This document shows positions 13,009-25,667 of a DNA stretch of 64,000 nt, piece by piece. The position numbers were made by a program, and so were the translations under genes. The notes under the pieces were generated by a model. It made no database searches and had not been told where the DNA came from. It was given only the letters and a program-made list of their open reading frames with translations. The DNA is taken from contig OZ316892.1 of assembly GCA_973895155.1 (NCBI GenBank), forward strand, positions 20,521,519 to 20,585,518, in the 5' to 3' direction. The stretch comes from Marsupella aquatica. Its lineage: Eukaryota > Plantae > Marchantiophyta. The stretch's first letter is position 1. The number at the start of each line of letters is the position of its first letter.

Positions 13009-15589
13009 ATTGTCTTTTGCCGTTATATATATATATGAGCCTTATGTTAGTGCTTTGCATTGTGCAAGGAGGGCAAGCCCATAGAGATTGGTGGGGGCAT
13101 TATTGGACAGCAGGAAGCAAATAAGTGATAAGAATGTACATTTCTCTCATCAATGGTGAGCAAAATTAAACTGCTAATCAAATTCAACTGCTGTAGAATC
13201 TTTCCCGCCCAGAAGCTTTTTTGTATGAAGACCAAAGACGAAAAAAGGCGGGATCCTTTCTTATAATTGTAGATATATATATATATACAAAGGAGGAATG
13301 GATTCCTTTGTCTTTTGGTAGTGTGATATATATATAATCCAAATGCCAGTTGGTAGTGTGATATATATATAATCCAAATGCCAGTCCAAATGGTGTTGAA
13401 TTCCATCACCAAAATTCTTTTGAAGTACTATCACCGTTTACAGGATATTGAGGCACCCATGCTTAGGAATGTTCACTAATTTATATCCTTGGCAGCTGAT
13501 CGGAAGTTTTCGTCAACGGGTTGGAAAATGCATAGAACCCCAATCAGTCTGCCAATTAGTCTCCTAATTTAGGGTGAAACAGCCTCACTTTGTAACTTGC
13601 AATTTTGTAAACTGAAGGCAATTCATGGTTGAGGCTTCTCGCAAACGTCCAAAGGGGGAACTACATAAGCGGCGTTTGTGTCAATCTGTCTCTCACATCT
13701 CTCCAGCGTATATGCCACACAGCAGTCCCGAGTAATCCCTTGTGGCATCTTGTAAACATTGCTCACTCTGACACAACTCTTTTTGAAGTGCTTTACTATC
13801 ATTCATGAAGGGTAAGGAGAATCGCGCAATCATGCATCTTCCAAGTTAATCACATGTGTTGGATTCTCTCCCACGAGCTACATTGGGAGCCTAGTTGCTG
13901 CGATTCCTCATAGTCCCCCAGCTTTGCCCTACTCTTGTTACCCTTGAGCATAGTAGAGCACCTCCCAATATTGTGAACTATCCGGCCTTGGCATTTCCCC
14001 AACTTACCGTCCTTTGCTTTCATGCGTACTCGTCCAGGCCTCGTTATTGGGAATGTACTTTTGACGACGTTTCAAACTGCGAGTCTATTGTGTAAACCCA
14101 ACAACAAGATCAGGAATCATGCAGCTGCCAGGTGATTTCGAACCCAGCTTCACGCGCTGTACTTCGATCCTGGGTGTTTCGTGACACTGGCTTGATTTTG
14201 GAATGATGCTTTGCCCGCCCCCTATCGATAAGTAGAGTGCTCTAATCCAAATCATTGTCAGTTCGTCGAACTCATATACACCATAAACAAATACAACTGA
14301 CTGTCGTGGCTCTCGGTTCTGCCATTAGTTTGGTTGCAACGGTTCCATTTGCATTGCTCAGTAGTTTCGTTGTCCTCATCAGCTTACGTTAGGCAGCCTT
14401 GATACGTGAAGCATACTGAGCCCAAATACCCCATTATGAAATGAAGCACACTAGATATTTCCTAGTCTTACCATAGTTCATGTTTTACCTTGGAATTCAA
14501 CTTGGAACCTTAAATCTGTTAAACCACACCTGCCACTATAAAATACCCATTCCATGTCTCACTACTCATCATAAAAGGTGGAACACTAAGAACCTTTTGT
14601 GGAGCATTTGTCAATAAAAGATTTTGCACTCCCACTTTTTGTGGAGCTCAAAATCCATTCCTGAACCAGTGCACTTTACAATGAGAACTACAGGTAACTT
14701 GTAGCCCTTTATAGAGGCGGTTGTGGTTTGAGACAGTTGGCATGTTCGAAGCCTTGTTTATGCTTTCATATCTATCATAAGCGGTTTGTGGTGCCATACA
14801 CATTGAACCGTCCCCAAGATGGTTTGGACGAGAACCTATTTGAAAACTAGTAAGTAAGCTGGAACAAAAACCTTTGGAGTCGGGGCATTGGTAGCAACTG
14901 AATTTGAGACCAGCTGATTATAATTGAGTCAACTTTATGTGTGCTAACTGCAGTACGTACATGCCAATACATGGAAATACCTTGCGGCCATGAAGAACCG
15001 CACAAAAATGGTAAAATTGATTCCCCAAATTGAAACCTTGGATATGTTTGAAGAGAGTGAGCAAGGGAGTGAAAAAATCAGCTGGCTTGGAGGGAAAGGA
15101 AGGGGAAATATTTAAAACTATTTGCATGAAAAGGAGGAAAAAAGATTTCTCTAGTGATTTAGACTGAAGAAACATGGCCCTACACTTTGAGAGAACTGTA
15201 TAAAAATTCACTAAATGACAAAAGAATCATTCATAAAAAAGACAGAAGCAATGAGTGGACACTCTGTGAAAATGAATTGGAACAAAAATGAACAATTGCA
15301 ATGTGGAGTTGTGGACCCACAGACAAGATTTTATCCGCAACATGGCCTGGCAGAGACATATGCAAGATCTATCATGATTACCCTAACCTTGGACTCTATC
15401 TTGAGAGCGAAGACATTCACCCAATGACAGAACGATTCAAAATGTTTGCAAATGTAGTGTGTGAGTTATTGTCAATTTAAGTCCCTTTTGGTTAAATCGA
15501 AACCCAAGTGTGTAACTAATACAGACCTAGCTTCTATGTTATGGTTGTCTCCATTTTTCCACTAGCTCATATATGTGTGCATTGCACAA

Positions 15590-15950
15590 AAAATGTCATT
15601 AAGAAAAAACATGTTGTGTTATCCAAGGTGTTGTTATGTGAAAGATGTCATGAACTAAAAAGATGTCCTTAAGAAAAAAAAAATTCATTTTGCCAAAGAT
15701 GTTGTTATGTGAAAATGACATGAAATAAAAAGATGTTGTGAAGCAAAAGGATGTCGTCAAGAAAAAAGAAGTTGTTTTGCCAAAGATGTTATGTGAAAGA
15801 TGTCTTGTCGCCCAAGATGCCATTATGTGAAAGATGTCGTTGAAAAAAAAGGTGTCATTTCTCCAAAGATATTGGGAAGTAAAATATTTTGTAAAGAAAA
15901 ATATATCGTTTCACCCAAGATGTCGTTCTGTGAAAGATGTTGTGAAATAA
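15590..15950. repeat. Degenerate tandem repeat with AAAGATGT(C/T)(G/A)T core
   Basis: The motif recurs more than ten times with A-rich linkers. Confidence 0.65.
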
Positions 15951-17885
15951 AAAGTCAAGCAGGGAAGGATGGAGTCGACTAAGAGTCAGGGTTGTCACGG
16001 CTCGATGTTGTTGTTGCAGCCTGCATCCAAGGGGCGGCATGGTTTTTTGGGTCCTATTCCTTTGTTTTTGTCTTTTTCTTATTATGCTTTGTTTTTTCCA
16101 GCCAAATGACCCTGCATCTGAATGACAACCACTCTATAATTGGCGCAACATTATATTGTAGGTTTCGGGTTTAGGGTTTAGGGTTTGATAAAATGAAAAT
16201 ATTTTTTTCTTTATTTTTCCCTTTTGTGTTTTACTTTTTCTCCTTGCACAAAAAATATTCTTGAATAAAAGATGTCATTACACAAAAGACTGGCTATGAC
16301 CACCACCAAAGTGTAACAAAATGAGAGGTGTTTTTTTTAACACACTTTTTCTCTTCTGTTCCTTTTAACCCCCCCCCCCCCCCCCTATTCCCCATTTTCA
16401 CTATTTTGGTCTCATCTTTTTCTCATTCACCATCACTCCACTAGCTCGCCTCCCCCCACCCCTCCACCCCACCATGCGAGGCTGGAGCCTTTTGAGGGGC
16501 TGCCCTACATTGCAAGTGTGCCCCTCACCTGACACCTTGCCATCAGCATCCATGCCATGCTCTTTGCTATGTCTTTGGGCCTTATTGTTTTTGTTTTTTT
16601 GCCCATTTTTTTGCATTGAAACTGACAGTGCAAGTGAGTATGTGTAGTACTTACTTGCATGTGGGTATAAACAGACTTCCTTGCACGGATAATGGAGGGA
16701 GGATCCTCCTTAATCCTCGTGCATTGTGCATGTTGAAGTCTTTCATTTTGTTGTTGTTCTCTAGTGTGATTATTTCTTGCTTGGACAATGGTGTAACTGG
16801 TTTTGAGTCACACTAAACTAAATTCACACTTTGGCTTTATTCCTTAATAAGACAAATATATGTATATGTATGGGTCCAAGACATAAAATGCTACACCCTT
16901 TCCAATTGTCTTGGAAAACATTTGGACACATAAAATGTTGGCAAACTTTCAACTTTGGTTTTGGATGATGGAATGGGTTTCCATAGATAAGGAGGGCCCA
17001 TGCCTTGAGAAGGTAAAAAAATGGGAACATTCTTGATTACTTTTATTGTGAAGGAACCTCTATTAGGTTAACTTTAGTGACTGGCAACTTTCATCACGTC
17101 ACTCTATTCTGTAAAGTGTGAAGGAAAGCTACGCTTCATACCCAATAGTAGACTGAAGTGCTACATGCGTCCCTCTGGATTTGAGGGAAGAGGATTGGGC
17201 GACAAGTCACTTCTGGAGTGGCGAGTCATTCCAACTATAACATGCCAAAGCAGAAGCAATGACGCTAGTATACAATACACATTGGAGCAGCTGCTACAAA
17301 TCCTTACAACTAATCTTGCCCCAAAGGTAATTTCATTATCACGTTGGCCAGCATTCTGTCTGTAATTGGCTTAACCCTAGATAACATGTAATTGGTCTGG
17401 GACAGCTGGATGCTCTAATTTTGGCCAAGCTAAATCCCTCCAGCTGTAAAAGTGGACAAAATGAGTTGGACCGAAATGTGATAATATTTGCTTTTAGAGA
17501 GTAGTCTACATTCGCAGTCTGGTGAGTGTGTGATGAGAGGACTTGGTCCAGGAGGTCGGGATTAGCACAGGCAAGCAGTCAACCAATATTGTGTCATCTT
17601 GGGTGAGTATAGCCAAGGTACTCCAACCATATATGAAATGCGGGGGCCTGATACCTAAACTAGTTTTGGGGATAGGTTAGTAATCTAAACCAGTTTGGGG
17701 GATAGGATAGTAAAACCCGTCACTTCCATAGGATAGTAAAAACTGTCACTGACAGTGCTTGAATGTGCCTAATGATGCTTGCATGTGCCTAGTTGCATCT
17801 GGGGTCATGATGCCAACACTAATGAAGTCACTGTTTAGCTGGAGAAGAACACAGGTCTGTTCTTCGAATCAATGTATGACTAGCA

Positions 17886-18208
17886 TGTGGGGAGAAATCA
17901 GATCAGGAAAAACACTCCAAACATACATGTGCTCAATAGTTACGTGGTTCGCCTCAAGGTTGGCTACGTCCACGGGAAGACCAAGCTTTATTAACGGTTA
18001 TGTGTCTACTCAAGCATCACCATAGCTCTCATCTCTTCAAGCTCTCATCTCTTGCTGTATCACTTTGTTCTCTCTTGAGAACTCTCTTGTGTGTTCTCAC
18101 ACCACATAGAAGTAGAAGAGATAAGGACCAACTCTTCAACTAGGGTTTACTCTAACCCTAGTTAACATACTAACCATAGTTCAACCCAAGACTGAGTTAA
18201 CCTCTACA
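17886..18208 (-). repeat. 3' LTR of the copia element
   Basis: TG...CA ends; identical by eye to 23616-23938 except for 2 positions. Confidence 0.95.
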
Positions 18209-18222
18209 AACTCCCCCTTGAC
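18209..18222 (-). other. Polypurine tract
   Basis: Reverse complement GTCAAGGGGGAGTT abuts the 3' LTR. Confidence 0.85.
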
Positions 18223-18410
18223 TCACGTCTTGGGAGGGTTCATAACATTGTCTTTTCCTTACAAGTTCTTCCGCGGGAAGTTCAAGACAGTAGGGCCAAA
18301 AGACCCTCCCCTAATGCAAGGGTTAACTAGAACTAAGCCGTAGCCGATAAGCCATCGGATGGAGTACTCATATAGAGACGTTTTCTTGGTTAACTCTATA
18401 TTTACAATAT

Positions 18411-21400
18411 TTATAAATAATTACAATGCCTTGAAAAACTATTGGAGTCTAATACTTTGGTAAAAGCATCCGCTGGATTAAGCTTTCCATCAATCTTGAC
18501 AAGCTCAAATTCATCATCCAATAATGTCTGTCGGATGAAATGATAGCGGACATCAATGTGCTTTACCCTGCCATCCATCACCTGATTCTTAGCAGTGTAA
18601 ATTGCACTTTGACTGTCACAATGAAGATATACACACTCCTGTGATAAACCCATCTCCGTGACAAGCTTTTTCAACCAAATGGTCTCTAATGCTGCTTCTG
18701 CTGCTTCTGCTGCTGCTACATACTCGGCATCCATAGTAGACTTTGCAATACACTTTTGGAGAGTAGACTTCCAACTAATGCATCCACCAGCAAGTGTAAA
18801 TACATATCCAGTTGTCGATCTCCTCTTATCCAGATCACCTGCGTAGTCTGCATCCACATAACCTTGAAGCACTTTCATATTGTTTGAACTTGCATCAAAC
18901 AATAAACCCTTCTTAGTGGAACCTCTGATGTAGCGCAAAATCCATTTCACTGCTTTTCAATGAACTTTTCCTGGATTTGCCATGTATCTGCTTACCTTGC
19001 TAACGGCATAAGCTATGTCTGGTCGAGTGCATACCATGAGATACATTAAACTACCCACAACACTTTCATAAGGAACTTTGGACATCAAACTTTTTTTTGT
19101 CGCATCCGATGGACAAAATGCTACAGAAATATTGAAATGCCTTGCCAAAGGAACACTCACAGCCTTAGCATCTGCCATGTTGAATTTTGAGAGTACCTTC
19201 TCTGCATATCTTTTCCGCGTCAGCCAAAGTTTGGCTTTGTTAACATCCCTGACAATCTCCATGCCTAGGATCCTCTTGGCTGTGCCCAAATCCTTCATCT
19301 TAAACTCAGAACTGAGTTGGGCCTTAAGCTTATCAACTTTGCCCCTATCCTGTGCTGCAATGAGCATGTCATCCACATAAAGTACAAGGATGACAAGCTC
19401 AAAACCTGTGTTGTTCACACGCCTGATGTAAACACATGGATCGTACACGCTTCGCACAAATCCAAGCGATTTAAAAAATTCATCAAAATGCTTGTTCCAC
19501 TGCCTTGGGCTCTACTTTAATCCATACAAGGATTTTAGCAACCTGCATACCAAATTTTCCTTGCCCTTTTGCACAAAACCCTCTGGTTGCCTCATGTAAA
19601 TCACCTCATCCAACGATCCATATAAGAATGCCGTGAAAACATCCATTTGATCTAAAACCAGATCAAATAAAACTACAAGAGCACATAGCAAACGTATTGT
19701 TGAATACTTTGCTACGGGTGAAAAAACCTCATTGTAGTCTATACCTTTCTGTTGAGTAAAACCCTTGGCTACCAACCGAGCCTTAAATATCTTCTCAGCA
19801 TCCTCTGTGGGTCCATCTTTCTTCCTATACACCCACTTGCTGTCAATAGCCTGCTTGTCACTAGGTAGACTTGTGAGTTCCCAAGTCTTGTTATCATGAA
19901 GTGATTTCATTTCCATGTGCATCGCCACTTGCCACTGTTGCTTCTCCGTAGAAGCTAGGACCTCTCGAAATGAGGATGGATCTCCATCTTCTGTCACCAA
20001 TGCATCAATAGATTCTTCATCCAAATCCACATGATCAGAAGGAAGCCAAGTTCCATACCTTTCCCGGGCTTGACGTTTGCGAGTTCCTCTTCGCACTAAA
20101 GACTCTGGCTGATCTGATTGTAGTGCGCTTTGCCTTATAGTAGTGTCAACATATTCTTCATTTGATACATCCTTTCCCCTTAAATCCTCTAGAGGAGGAG
20201 ATTGCTCGTTGTTAGTAGTAGGGAATTGACCTATCTCCCCCTCCTTCAATGATTTGTCTTCATTGAAGGATACATCCCGACTAACAAGTAACTTGCAATC
20301 AACTGGATCCCACAATCAATATCCTTTAATGTCACACTGATAACCAAGAAAAATGTATTTATGGGCTCTAGGATCTAGCTTAGTCCTATTGTTGCTAGGA
20401 ACATGTGCATATGCTTCACAGCCAAAAACCTTAAGCTTTGAATAATCAGCAGGTTGATTGTGTCATAGCTCAAAGGGGGTTTTGTAAGTAATTGCCCGAC
20501 TAGGAGAGAGATTTACTAGATAAGCAGCTATGTTGACAGCTTCTGCACAAAAGATTTGTGGCAATTTAGAGTAGCTCAACATGCTCCTTGCTCGCTCCAA
20601 CAATGTGCGGTTGAGTCGCTCAGCAACACCATTTTGCTCAGGAGTATACACAGTTGTGAGATGGTAAGTAATTCCCTTATTTGCACAATACGTGTTGAAT
20701 TCGCCATAGGTGTATTCACCACCATTATCTGATCGTAGATATCTCACATTCTTTGCAGTCTGTGTCTCAACTTGAGCTACCCATTGTTTGAAGATGGAAA
20801 ACACTTCAAACTTATGGGCAATGAAATAAATCCAAAAAAACCTTGAGTAATCATCGATAAACGATACATAGTATTGTTTGCCTGAATGTGAGGAAACCGG
20901 AGCTGGACCCCACACATCGGAATGATTATACTCAAGTACAACTTTAGAATGATGAATGGCAGTCGGAAATAGAGTTCTTGTTTTCTTGCCGACAATGCAA
21001 TGATCACAAAAACTCAACTTGCATGCTTGCAATCTTGGTAGGAGATGTCGCTTGTGTAGGATTTCCAAACTTTTTTCATTCATGTGACCAAGCCAAGCAT
21101 GCCATAAATTGATTTTCTCCTCCTAAGATGTGACCAAATTGACTTCGGCAAGAAATGTGGTGCCTTCCAAGACATAGATGTTTCTTTTCCTCTTGCCAAT
21201 AAGAACTTCAGTTGATCCATGCGTAACTGTTAACACCCCATCAGTTGCACTCCATTGATAACCCTTCGCATCCAAGTAGCCAAGAGAAATCAAATTCTTA
21301 CACATTTCTGGAATGTGTCTGACATTTGATAGAGTACAATACTTGCCACCGGGTAGTTGAATCTTTACGGATCCAATCTCTAAAACTTTGCAAGAATGAT

Positions 21401-22445
21401 TATTTCTCATCAAAACAGATCCGTTGATAGGAGTGTAGGATGAGAAAAGTTTACGCATATAGCACATGTGATACGAGCAAGCGGAATCCAAAATCCATTG
21501 ACAATCCTCAACTTGGGAAGTGGTACACAATGCAAATCCTTCACTATCCTCTTCTCGAACAACTACTTGGGCTGAAGAACCGACAACTTCCTTGAATGTG
21601 TCTTTGACGCGACAATCCTTCTTCATGTGGCCCACTTTGTCACACTTCCAACACTTTATCTCACGAGTAGACTTGGATGGTGATTTGGATCGAGATCTAG
21701 ATCTGGATCTAAACCTCCTCCTACCAAAAGATCGGTCGTGGAACTTTCCTCGCTCCATGGGAAGTGGGTTAAACCTTTTGTTTTCATGAGATGGCTCCCT
21801 TGATTTGCCTCTTTCTACCAACAATGTTGTTGATGATGAGGTTGAGGTAGGATGAGCTGAAGAAACCAGCTTAGACTGCATGTCATCGGTCAACAGGGCA
21901 CTCACCACATCATTGTAGGATATAGTTGTCTTATCACGGAATAGAAGAACTCAAGACAAAGATTGGTACGAAGGTGGTAGTGAGCTCAAGAGTTGTAAGG
22001 CTTTCTTTTCTTCGCTCAAATGCTCCCCCAAATTCTCTAGGTCAACCACAAGATCATTGAACTGATCGATATGATCTTGAATCTTGACTCCATCAGCCAT
22101 TTTGAATTGCATGAGCTTCAGACTTGCATACATTCGGTTTGACATCTCCTTCTTGTAGTACTTGTTGCGCAATGCTTGAAACAAGTCCGTCACCGTTTGT
22201 GTTGCTTTTTCCTCGAATTGCTTCTTCACATTGTTTTTCAGGTACATGCCAAAAATACTTACCGCTTGATCCTGGAGATCATGCCAATCATCATCTTCCA
22301 TCTCCTTGGGTTGAGATCTTAGTACCTTGCCTAGGCCCATCGCCCTAAGTGCATCCCTCACGTTACGTTCCCACATTGTATAGTCCATCCGACCATCAAA
22401 TTTTTCCACCTCAAACCTTTGACCTCCAATCCTAGTAGTCGCCAT
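18411..22445 (-). pseudogene. Copia gag-pol polyprotein in one frame with six premature stops
   Basis: FEVEKFDG gag start, CWKCDKVGHMKKDC zinc knuckle, WILDSACSYHM protease, LRSDNGGEY and QNGVAERLNRTL integrase, LYVDDML RT, YVDADYAGD and KHIDVRYHFIR RNase H. All six ORF pieces share one frame. Confidence 0.95.
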
Positions 22446-23601
22446 CACTGGAATGCCAAATGTAGTGTGGAGTCGCCTTCCCACAAGAAATAAACGTCGA
22501 ATGCTTAGATGTGGGGTGTGAAAATAAGGCCAAAATTGAAAGTTGGTGAATTTTGAAACTGATCACTCCTATGTGTAGCCCACAAGGTAATGCTCCGAAT
22601 TCTGAAAACGGTTTGTCAAATGGACTCTCGAGTGCCGAGAATTTTTACTCCGACCGGAGGGGGGTAAAAGATGAAATAATTACCCCTCGAGGGAATCTCT
22701 TATGCCAAAGATTCCACTAGTATAATTTTTCAGAATTGAATGCACCAATACTTGCCTAGCTTCCCCAAGTACGCCTCTCCAAAAGTTGAAGTTGATCCGA
22801 TTTTATTTGCCGCTCGGAATCTTTGACCTTCGATAAAAATTTAAGCCTCTGGAAAAGAATCTTTTTGGGAAATTCCGTCTGCCCTTGTACAGCCCCTGTG
22901 GGGGACTTCACAGGGGGCACTTCCCCCTGCCCGAGCCCTGTCGAACCCTAAAAGGCCTCCTCAAAGTTTTCGACCTCCTCGCGCGTCTGCGGAAGTCGCG
23001 ACTACTCACGGCAGAAAGTACCCCTTGGCGGATTCACTCAAATTCCCGTCTCAGTTTTTGACGAAATCCAATTCTGATTTCAGATTCAGAAACTAGACTT
23101 CGAGGGCATCAAGATTGATAGAAAGAACTCGCAAAACGGTGGAGTAATGAGGGAGAAACAATTCGGTGAAAGTGACTGATATTAAGTTATCCGCCATAGC
23201 CAAAATTTTGAGCTCAAAAAACGAGAATTGAAATTAAGATTGCTTCTCAACCGTTTGATGGAATTCAACGATGTTGATATCGAAACATCTAGAAAGACAA
23301 GGCGCTCAAGCGTATCTCAATTTCAAGTCCCGATAGAACAATCAAAAAGACTGATCTGAGAAATTGACCTTATCTCTTGCCCGATAATGTAAATTGAAAA
23401 CCGTCACTTATAATTGTTTCCGTTTCTGACCTCAGGCCTTCATTGCTTCACTGAAATGAGCCCCTGGTTGTGTGCTCCACACTTGTGAGAAGATTGAGTC
23501 CGATCTTCTTTCAATAGCTCCGCTTCAAAGAGGAAATCATCCGCTGTTCGCTTTGCTTGAAGCAAGTTCTATGGAGTTCCTAATCGACTGAAAAAATCTG
23601 A

Positions 23602-23613
23602 GCTCTGATACCA
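23602..23613 (-). other. Primer-binding site (tRNA-iMet)
   Basis: Reverse complement TGGTATCAGAGC, 2 nt from the 5' LTR. Confidence 0.93.
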
Positions 23614-23615
23614 AT

Positions 23616-23938
23616 TATGGGAAGAAATCAGATCAGGAAAAACACTCCAAACATACATGTGCTCAATAGTTACGTGGTTCGCCTCAAGGTTGGCTACGTC
23701 CACGGGAAGACCAAGCTTTATTAACGGTTATGTGTCTACTCAAGCATCACCATAGCTCTCATCTCTTCAAGCTCTCATCTCTTGCTGTATCACTTTGTTC
23801 TCTCTTGAGAACTCTCTTGTGTGTTCTCACACCACATAGAAGTAGAAGAGATAAGGACCAACTCTTCAACTAGGGTTTACTCTAACCCTAGTTAACATAC
23901 TAACCATAGTTCAACCCAAGACTGAGTTAACCTCTACA
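23616..23938 (-). repeat. 5' LTR of the copia element
   Basis: Matches 17886-18208; adjacent to the PBS and the TSD. Confidence 0.95.
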
Positions 23939-25159
23939 TAGCACCCCGCCAAAAGCCTCTCCTCAGGTCTGCATGATTAATTATTGGAAGGTTTCTAAGG
24001 CAATTTTTACAAATTTGGAGGGCTACAATATACAAGGAGTGGTCAAGGGGAGACTGACAGGAAATAGGGCTCTATGAGACCATATATTGAGCCCAATGAC
24101 CTATATTTACATGTTAGTTATAAACCCCATGAGGGATGTCTTTCATTTAGGGGTGTTGCAACTTGTGATAGCTGCAGCTTGGCAGAAATGTAACTTGTTA
24201 AAAGCTTTTGGAGGGAACAGGAGAAGGGGAAAATCTCTCTAACCATTAAAATTGCATTTTATTTTGTTCACTTTGAGGCCTCGAAACATACACTTTTTAT
24301 CACTGAAATATACACTACAGCAAAATACTGTACACCTAAATGGTCAATTATAAACTTGAGGGGGCAAAAAGGATATATACTTATTACAAGGAGTCTAGTC
24401 ATAGTTCATTTACAAAGAACAAACCTGGTGGTACATCTAATGGCCATGACGGATGTTGCTTGCCCAGATGTTCATAAACAGAATAATAATTCACTTTTAG
24501 TGCATAGATTGTTAAACCTGGCATAGGAAAGCAATTTGTGCAACCAGATTGCAGATTTTTTTCTAAACTTCCTAGGAGACTCATTTATTGTTGCCCATTG
24601 GGTGCTGCCATTCAATCTTGCCCGTGGTCATTGGTTGTCCATCACGCATGGGTGAAGATATGAGAGTGTTTATCTCCATATTTATGAATGCTAGTTACCG
24701 TGTCCAGATAGGGGTCCAGATCCACATAGGGGTACAGTTTGCTTGAACTAGCCACCCCAATAAGTGCAGCCCAATGGCACTCTTCATTGTGGCATATGAT
24801 GTTCCAAGTTCAAGCTCACCATGATCCCAAAGACGTGGTTCACCAAAACACTTCAAAGATAGAATACTCTACACTACTAAAAACTTGAGGTCATTCTCGA
24901 GGTCATTCTCTTCTCCCCTGAAAAACTTGAGGTCATTCTCTTCTCACCTAAAGGGAAAGGGCAGGTAGGGAGCATCTAAGAGTGGGACCTGTTTTACCTG
25001 CTTACTTGGAGGTCTCTGGGCTCTACATTGTGTCTTTGACCTTTTCTTAAGGGCCTGTGTAGTCTTTTGTGTAGCACGAGGCTGGCCTTTTCCCCAGGTT
25101 TCTATCCTTATATAGACAGCAGGTGTCTGCTACAATACAAAGGGCCCTACTTAATAACA

Positions 25160-25667
25160 GGAGTTCATCCCATAATCCAATAAAATAATTATTAAGTTGT
25201 ACCCTATATACAGCAGACAGTTAATTTTTGGTACAACTTAATAATTATTTTATTAGTTTATAGGATGAAATCCTTTCAACCTGAAATTGCTTGGTGTGAT
25301 CTATGAAGTTCAAGCTACTTACTGAAATAGTTTTTCACCAACTACAATCTACACCGGCGCAAGTTTCTCGGGTCAGCTCTCATTACAAAATGTATACAAT
25401 ATCCAGTCCAGCAGTTTCGTTTTGGGATTTGGTAAACTCCATTCAAGGACAAAATTATGGCTTGCAAAACAAATGACATGCATGGATTGCAGTTGTGAAA
25501 AAGTGAATTTTGAGGATATGGCCGATTGAGTGTTGAAGATGTACAGAAGTCCCAGCTGTTTTCAGTAAGTAGCTTGAACTTCATATATCACACCAAACAA
25601 TAATTTTTGAAAGAGTTCATTGTGTAATCCAATAAAATATCAAGTTTTATCAAAAACTAACAATCTA
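25160..25667. repeat. Foldback/MITE-like inverted repeat with an extra inverted arm fragment
   Basis: About 25215-25327 is inverted at about 25560-25667 (shared TGAAGTTCAAGCTACTTACTGAA); 25160-25203 is also inverted at 25230-25273. Confidence 0.7.

Larger units (their letters stand above)
17886..23938 (-). mobile_element. Full-length Ty1/copia LTR retrotransposon (Tnt1/Tork-like)
   Basis: 323-bp LTRs at 17886-18208 and 23616-23938, 5-bp TSD TAGCA (17881-17885, 23939-23943), PBS and PPT present, domain order gag-PR-INT-RT-RH. Confidence 0.97.

Noticed and set aside
16162-16186. Telomere or interstitial telomeric array
   Set aside because: Only about three TTTAGGG-like units, too short to support a call.
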